From Octopus vulgaris (taxonomy: Eukaryota): DNA of 64,000 nucleotides. The stretch is taken from assembly GCA_951406725.2 (NCBI GenBank), contig OX597818.1, positions 94,116,001 to 94,180,000 on the forward strand, read 5' to 3'. The translations under genes were made by a program, and so were the position numbers. The notes beneath the pieces were generated by a model. It saw nothing but the letters and a program-made list of their open reading frames with translations. It did not search any database and had not been told where the DNA came from. Positions within the stretch are counted from its first letter, which is position 1. Each line of letters starts with the position of its first letter. Positions 56,845-64,000 of this stretch are shown piece by piece.

Positions 56845-58119
56845 TCAAGTTGCCAAGGATGAAATTTGTAGAAAAAAAAAAGTTTTCTAATGTTTTATAA
56901 ATACAAGGAATAGTTTTATTTATCAAAGTATACACCCATATTTTCAATACAATTTTGCCATTTCAGTGGTAGCTTATCCAGCCTGGAACTGTAAAAGCCT
57001 GGCAATCTAGAGTCAGTAAAATCTTGGAAGGCCTGTTTTACAGCATTGTCAGAATTAATTTTTTTCCTATCAAAAGGTTATCCAAATTCTAGAAGAAATG
57101 GTAGTTAATGGGGGCAAGATAAGATAAGTATGGTGGATGATGGAGAACTTCCAACTCCAACTCTTTTAGTTTTGCCAATGTCATTTTTGCGATTTGTAGT
57201 CTGGCATTGTCTTGCAATAAAATAGGAGTGGATCTGTTGACTAATCTAGGCTGTTTTTTAATAAGTTTCTGCATCATTTGGTCGAGTTGGCTGCAGTATA
57301 CTTCAGTCGTGATTGATGAGCCAGATTTGATGAAATCATAATGGATCACACCTGCACCAGACCACCAAACACACACCATCAGCTTCTTTTGATGAATTTT
57401 GCAAGTCTTTGTCCAACCATTGTGTTGAACATTTATAGTTGTTGTATTGGATCCATTTCTCATCACATGTTACAATTCAATTCAAAACTGATTCATTTTT
57501 GTGATAAGGAAGTAGCATAGCACAGGCTTCCAAACGTTGCTGTTTCTGATTTTCATTGAGTTCATGTGGAACCCAGTTATCCAACATTTTGACTTTACCA
57601 ATTTGAACTGGGTGAGTCAATATTGTTTGTTTGCTAACAGCAAAAGAGCAACAATAATTCATGGGCACGTAGAGCTGGATTTGACTTGACGGTGGCTTTC
57701 AGTTTGTCATTATCCACCTTTTTTTCTGGTTGACTGCATTGCTCATTTGTGAGGTCAAAGTTACCAGAATGAAATTTTGCAAATCAATTTGATACGGTCT
57801 GCTGTGTAATAACATTAGAATGAAATACTCAATTAATATTCCAAGCTGTCTGTGATACTATATTTCCAAGAACGAACTTATATTCCAGAACTGTATGAAT
57901 TTCTGACTTATCCATCTCTAAAAAAATATAGTAAAAAACAATTTATAATTACTTTATAAAGTACATATAAAGTATATATATATGATTTAGAATAGAGAAA
58001 TAGATGTGTTAGCTTTCTAACAAAAAATAAAGTTTGTCAAAATATAATAATGGTGCAAAATGAGCAGCTGTCAAAGTTTACCATATACCTTACTACAAAT
58101 TTCATACTTGATGACCTAA
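56845..58119 (-). mobile_element. Full-length degenerate mariner element (1275 bp)
   Basis: Imperfect ~27-bp TIRs (..aag[g/t]atgaaatttgtag) with TA on both sides. Transposase from the ATG at 57915 includes WVPHEL, LQDNAR and YLAPINYHFF; frameshifted. Confidence 0.92.
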
Positions 58120-58149
58120 TACACCAGTTTATATTTTGTATAACCCTAA

Positions 58150-58575
58150 GCATTTTAGTGTATGCACCATCTACTTTCTTCTCAAGTGCTTGTGTCAGGG
58201 GCCATACAACAACACTGACTCAATGGATGTGCTGAAGAATATTTTAATTTTTCTAGATAAATCTGACTTCCATATCCTTTCTGTTTTGTTCATTGCTGCC
58301 CAGGCTTTAGTAATTCTAATGTCAATGTCCATTTTTGATGAACTTATCCAGCTACCCAAATACAGAAAAGTCATCAACTCAGTTTAACAAGATTTCCATA
58401 TTCTTGGTTGAGTGACACATACTTCATTTTGGTAACATGCATAAAACAATTTTCCTGGCAGAGAATTCAACTCTATGAAGAAGTTCTTGAGCTTCATCAA
58501 TGGTATTTGGTAAAAGAGCTATGTCATCTGCAACATCTGTATCACATACATATTTAGCATGGGCGGTCACTAATA
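58150..58575 (-). mobile_element. RTE-X-like RT fragment
   Basis: DVADDIALLPNTIDEAQELL and FLYLGSWISSSKMDIDIRITKAWAAMNK..IWKS..ESVLLYG. Confidence 0.8.
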
Positions 58576-58580
58576 CAAAC

Positions 58581-58975
58581 ATCATCATCATCATCATTGT
58601 TTAATGTACGTTTCCGCGCTAGCATGGGTTGGATGGTTCGACTGGGGTCTGGGAAGCCAGGGGCTGCACCAAGCTCCAGTCTGATCTGGCAGTGCTTCTA
58701 CAGCTGGATGCCCTTCCTAACACCAACCACTCTGCGAGTGTAGTGGGTGCCTTTTACGTGCCACCGGCACAGGTGCCAGGGGAGTCTGGCAGCGGCCATG
58801 ATCGGTTGGTGCTTTTAACGTGACACTGGCATGGAAGCCAGTAAGGCGGCGCTGGCATGGAAGCCAGTCAAGGCGGCGCTGGCATGGAAGCCAGTCAAGG
58901 TGGCGCTGGCATCGGCCACGTTCGGATGGTGCTTTTTATGTGCCACCGGCACAGAAGCCAGTCAAGGCGGCGCTT
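58581..58975 (-). mobile_element. RTE 3' UTR copy with an internal ~27-bp triplication
   Basis: Same terminus as the 5327 copy; ggcatggaagccagtcaaggcggcgct is repeated. Confidence 0.85.
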
Positions 58976-60009
58976 GGACTGAATCATTAATCCAATAATC
59001 ATGAAATACCTTTGTGCAGTAAATAACAACAACACACGTTCTGTGTGAATAACTTCCAGTTCAAGGTTTTATTCAGATGCAGGACAAATGAATGCATACA
59101 GTAAGTATACAATGTTCAATAAAGATTTCTGGGAAGAAGAAAGGTTTTGAAGAACTTGCCATGTTCCATGATAACTTTGAGTAAATTGAAATAAATCAAA
59201 CTAGGAGATTTACTTTCCACAGGTACTAGATGTAGAATACCATGACAAGCTACTTGTAGGAAATTAAATATTGAATTCATGTGTCTGGCTCTCTCGTGGT
59301 TGTGGTGGACCTTGTTGCATCTCGAAGAAGCAGTTAGAGAAGATAGACCAATTTAAACAGGAATGCTCATGATGAGTGTAATGCTAAATTGTTTCTTATT
59401 GCTTGTTCTAAAGCTCTGAAGTAATTGTTGATGTAGATTCAAACAGCACTCCAAGAACTGAAGACTTTGTGAGAAGTTCACTCATTTTGTTTTTGTAAAA
59501 TGTTACTCTCTACACAGGTGTATATGTCTGTACATGTGGCTGTATTGGTTACCCCAATACACATACACTTATACATGTACCTCCTCTACTACAAGACACA
59601 TGTAGCTGTCCTCCATAGTTTAGCCTCTTATCACCTGAGGGAGGGAGAGCAAGATACATCACCTTCACATATGCTCAATGTATTGACATCTTAAATTAGA
59701 TGTCAAAAGGGCAAGAGAAATGGAATTACATAGAGAGAAATACAGATATTTCAAACTTCCAATAGAGAACATATTCTGTAGTTTGTTTCAGGAATGTAAA
59801 TTGGGTGAGGGTAACTTTATATTAAATACTGGATAGGAACTTGTACTTTGTTGACCTTACAGTGAATAAAGGGTTCCAACCAGCCTTTTTCAGATGTCAA
59901 GAAATCATGTAGCTGTCAAAGACTGACTGTAGGTCAAGGACAATTAGAAGGAAGCAATTTAGCTGTTTTACATACCTTCCACCATTGTTACCTCCTCAAC
60001 TGAGCAAGC

Positions 60010-60460
60010 AGCATAAAGTCAGCAACAGGAGGTCAGTGACATAGTGTCAACAGCATAGGGTCAAAGGCATAGGATCAGTGACATAGGTTCAGAGACATAG
60101 GGTCAGGGATATAGGATCAGTGACATAAGGTTAGTGACATAAGGTGAGCAACATAGGATCAACAACAGATGGTCAGTGACATAGAACCAGTGCCATGGGT
60201 CAACAGCATAGGGTTAGTGAGACAGGGTTGGCAACATAGGGTCAGTGACATAGGGTCAGCAGCATAGACTTAATGACATAGGATCAGTGACAGGGTTGGT
60301 GATATGGGGTTAGTGACATGGAGTTGGTGACATAGCATTAGAAACATTGGGTCAGTGGCATTGGATCATTAACACAGAGTCAGTGACATAGAGTCAGTAA
60401 CATAAAGTTAGTGAGAGAGGGTCTGTAAAATAGGGTCAGTAACATAATATCACTGACATG
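60010..60460. repeat. 14-bp minisatellite (catagggtcagtga consensus), about 30 copies
   Basis: Period of 14 verified at 60068, 60082 and 60096. Confidence 0.88.
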
Positions 60461-61252
60461 TTGGCACTCTGTCACTTATGACGACAAGGGTTCCAGTTGA
60501 TCCGATCAAGGGAACAGCTTGCTCGTGAAATTAACGTACAAGTGGCTGAGCACTCCACGGACACATGTACCCTTAACACAGTTCTCAGGATATTCAGCGT
60601 GGAACAAACATACCTTATTGTTTGGGAACAAACATACATTAGATATCACCACATTCATTCAATTTTTATTCTAGGAAGGATTAAACACTAACATTATTAA
60701 TTAAACTACAACAAAGAAACCACATTTACCCTATATACAAAAACAGTATCAGTAAATTAATAATTCTATAGGTAAACCTATAACTAACTCCTAAATTATC
60801 AAACTAAATAGTAACTTAGCCCTTGAAGTCCATACAGATTGTATTCCCACCAGTCTTCCATAGTTATTAATATAAAAGTGAAAACTTTTATATTCTAATT
60901 TTTCCAAAACAGAACAAACTATGTATGCCCACTTATAGCTGACATAGAATCAGGCAACTAAAGCCTCAACAACTGGTGGTAACAGGGGTGATAGCAATAG
61001 TTGTGGTGTTGTTGTAACAACAAGTATGGAAGACAACTCTTGGTGTGTTTTAACCTTATTACGACTGCATCAGTAAATCAGTAAAATATAAGCTTTAAGT
61101 AATGATGAAAGAGTCATTAAGAATCACAAAATAATTGTACAAGACTGTATAGTGGCTGGAGCACGAAAAAATGTTAATAGCTGTTAACAGTCATATACAT
61201 ATACACATAAATACATATATACCTACATAATACATATGTGTATGTGCGTGTC

Positions 61253-61320
<68 letters not shown>

Positions 61321-61472
61321 GTATATATATATATATATATATAACATAGATATATATGTATATATATATACATATATATGTATACATATATATGTATATA
61401 TATATATATGTATATATATGTTTATATATGTATATATATATAAATATATATATATACATAAATACATACATG

Positions 61473-61506
<34 letters not shown>

Positions 61507-61524
61507 TATACATATATATATATA

Positions 61525-61936
61525 GGCTCAGGAGTGGCTGTGTGGTATGTAGCTTGCTTACCAACCACATGGTTCTGGGTTCAGTCCCACTGCGTGGCAT
61601 CTTGGGCAAGTGTCTTCTGCTATAGCCCCGGGCCGACCAATGCCTTGTGAGTGGATTTGGTAGACGGAAACTGAAAGAAGCCTGTCGTATATATGTATAT
61701 ATATATATGTGTGTATGTGTATATGTTTGTGTGTCTGTGTTTGTACCCCTAGCATTGCTTGACAACTGATGATGGTGTGTTTATGTCCCCGTCACTTAGC
61801 GGTTTGGCAAAAAGAAACCGATAGAATAAGTACTGGGCTTAGAAAGAATAAATCCCGGGGTCGATTTGCTCGACTAAAAGCGGTGCTCCAGCATGGCCGC
61901 AGTCAAATGACTGAAACAAGTAAAAGAGTAAAAGAG

Positions 61937-61938
<2 letters not shown>
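61525..61938 (+). mobile_element. SINE family B, full length
   Basis: Closely similar to the 41395 copy; flanked by (TA)n. Confidence 0.9.
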
Positions 61939-61977
<39 letters not shown>

Positions 61978-62119
61978 CATACATACAAATACACACACAC
62001 ACACACACACACATACATATATCTGTATTTAAGTATTCCACCAACATTCAAATGCACACATAAATTCAAACATGTTGTGTAGATCTTAACTAGAATAGTT
62101 TGACATATATTGTAGATAT

Positions 62120-62340
62120 TTACTGGATAGAGAGAGACACAATATGTAAATGTTGACTGGATAGATAGGTGAAGTACTATGTAGATGTTAATTGGACAGA
62201 TAGATACAACACATAGATGTTGATTGGATAGACAGACAGGGTGGGCAGATGTTGACTGGATAGACACAGAAAAGATGAACAGGTAGGTATAGTGTGTAGA
62301 TGTTGACTAAATAGATAGACTCAGCACATAGGTATTACCT
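62120..62340. repeat. Diverged minisatellite (gatgttgactggataga)
   Basis: The motif recurs about 6-7 times. Confidence 0.65.
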
Positions 62341-62579
62341 ATCTAGTGTCAGACTGTGAAAATATTGCCTCAGTATAAAGACTTTGTATATAAAGTGAAG
62401 ATAGATGCAGTATGTAGATGTCGCATCTATTGACACAGAATATCAATGTCACTTCATACAATATTTTCCAAATATGCAGAGAAGCCTGTTTTCTCACTCT
62501 GCTATGACGTAAAACCAGAAAATTCATTTTTCTTTTCTTTTTTTCTTTTTTTTTCTTTTAGTTGGCTGGGAAACAGTCT

Positions 62580-62776
62580 CAAACTACATAGATACACTGC
62601 AGCCATACATACACACACACACATAGATACATATAGACACACATTTGCATGAATACAAATATGCACACACTCACACATACCTCTACAGGTATCCTAGCAC
62701 ATAGATGTGTGTGTATACATGTGTGTATTTGTCTATCTATCTATCTATCAATCTATCTATCTATCTATTGTGTACG

Positions 62777-62823
<47 letters not shown>

Positions 62824-62882
62824 CGGGAAGCTTTATGAAAATAGACATATACATATATACATACATATATACATGCATATGT

Positions 62883-62922
<40 letters not shown>

Positions 62923-62930
62923 GCATATGT

Positions 62931-62967
<37 letters not shown>

Positions 62968-63085
62968 CTCACACATACATACATATATATGCATATATAT
63001 ATATACACAAACATACACACATACATATATATATATATAAAAATATGTGTATATATATGTATGTATGTATGTTTGTAAATCTGTT

Positions 63086-63180
<95 letters not shown>

Positions 63181-63788
63181 TAAGTCTGTTTATGTATAAA
63201 CGTGTAAATATGTAATCATACTGGGGGTGGAGGCATGTGTGTTAAGTTCCAAGCCCCAGAAGTCCCATTTTTGAAAACAATATCTTTTAAAATTCTTCCA
63301 CTACTGCTGAGCAATATCATTTTACCTAATTAACAGAGCCAATATTAATGTGATACAGTGATTGCTGCATACGTTATCCAGGTGAATATTCTATGGACTG
63401 CTTTAACTGCTATCACTAACAATGTGTGTTCTTCCTGCTTAATGATACATTGCAATATTGCAATAGGAATGAACATGGTTAGGAAGCATTTTATTTATGT
63501 TGAATATTTATAGGCTGACACTTTCATACACACGTATATATATAATATATACAAATATACAATATTATATATATGCATATATTTTCATGCATATATATGT
63601 GTGTGTGTGTATACATATATATATATATATATGTATGTATGTATGTATGTAGATATACGTATATATATATATATATGCGTATATATATATATATGTGTGT
63701 GTGTGTGTCTCTATATATATGTATATGTATAAAGCAGATAAACATACACATATATGTATGTATACATACATATATATGTATATATGTA

Positions 63789-63821
<33 letters not shown>

Positions 63822-63830
63822 ATGTATATA
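62580..63830. repeat. Compound TA/CA/TG microsatellites
   Basis: Direct inspection: 62580-63180 and 63525-63830. Confidence 0.9.
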
Positions 63831-64000
63831 TTTACCTGCTTTGAGTTTTACCATTCTAAAGCAGAAATATTTTACAGTCTCTATGACGTTTCTAAATTCT
63901 TATGACATTAACAATATCATCATCATCATTTAACATCCAATGTTCCACCTTTCTATGATTGCATGGTCAGATGGAGTGTATTTGATGCAAATTTTCCATG

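Overview
AT-rich, repeat-dense eukaryotic DNA. The SINE/LINE repertoire and microsatellite load look like an octopus (coleoid cephalopod) genome; this is an inference from sequence alone. The only host gene I can support is the 3' end of STUB1/CHIP (U-box E3 ligase) on the + strand: a 117-nt exon (7937-8053) and the terminal coding exon (26791-26916), separated by an 18.7-kb intron. The rest is introns, putative UTR or intergenic DNA. It holds tRNA-derived SINEs, RTE/RTE-X and Dong/R4 LINE relics, Penelope-like relics, Tc1/mariner, hAT and piggyBac-type elements, and many micro/minisatellites. Almost all long ORFs in the track are repeat artefacts. The main structural observations are: inverted retroelement pairs bracketing the in-frame U-box exon (circRNA, exon-skipping or editing hypothesis); a perfect 115-bp foldback in the intron; a minimal hammerhead-ribozyme-like motif; a 1.5-kb tandem duplication whose breakpoint lies inside a hAT terminal repeat; a modular hairpin array in RTE 3' UTRs; and a possible ~14-kb 3' UTR.
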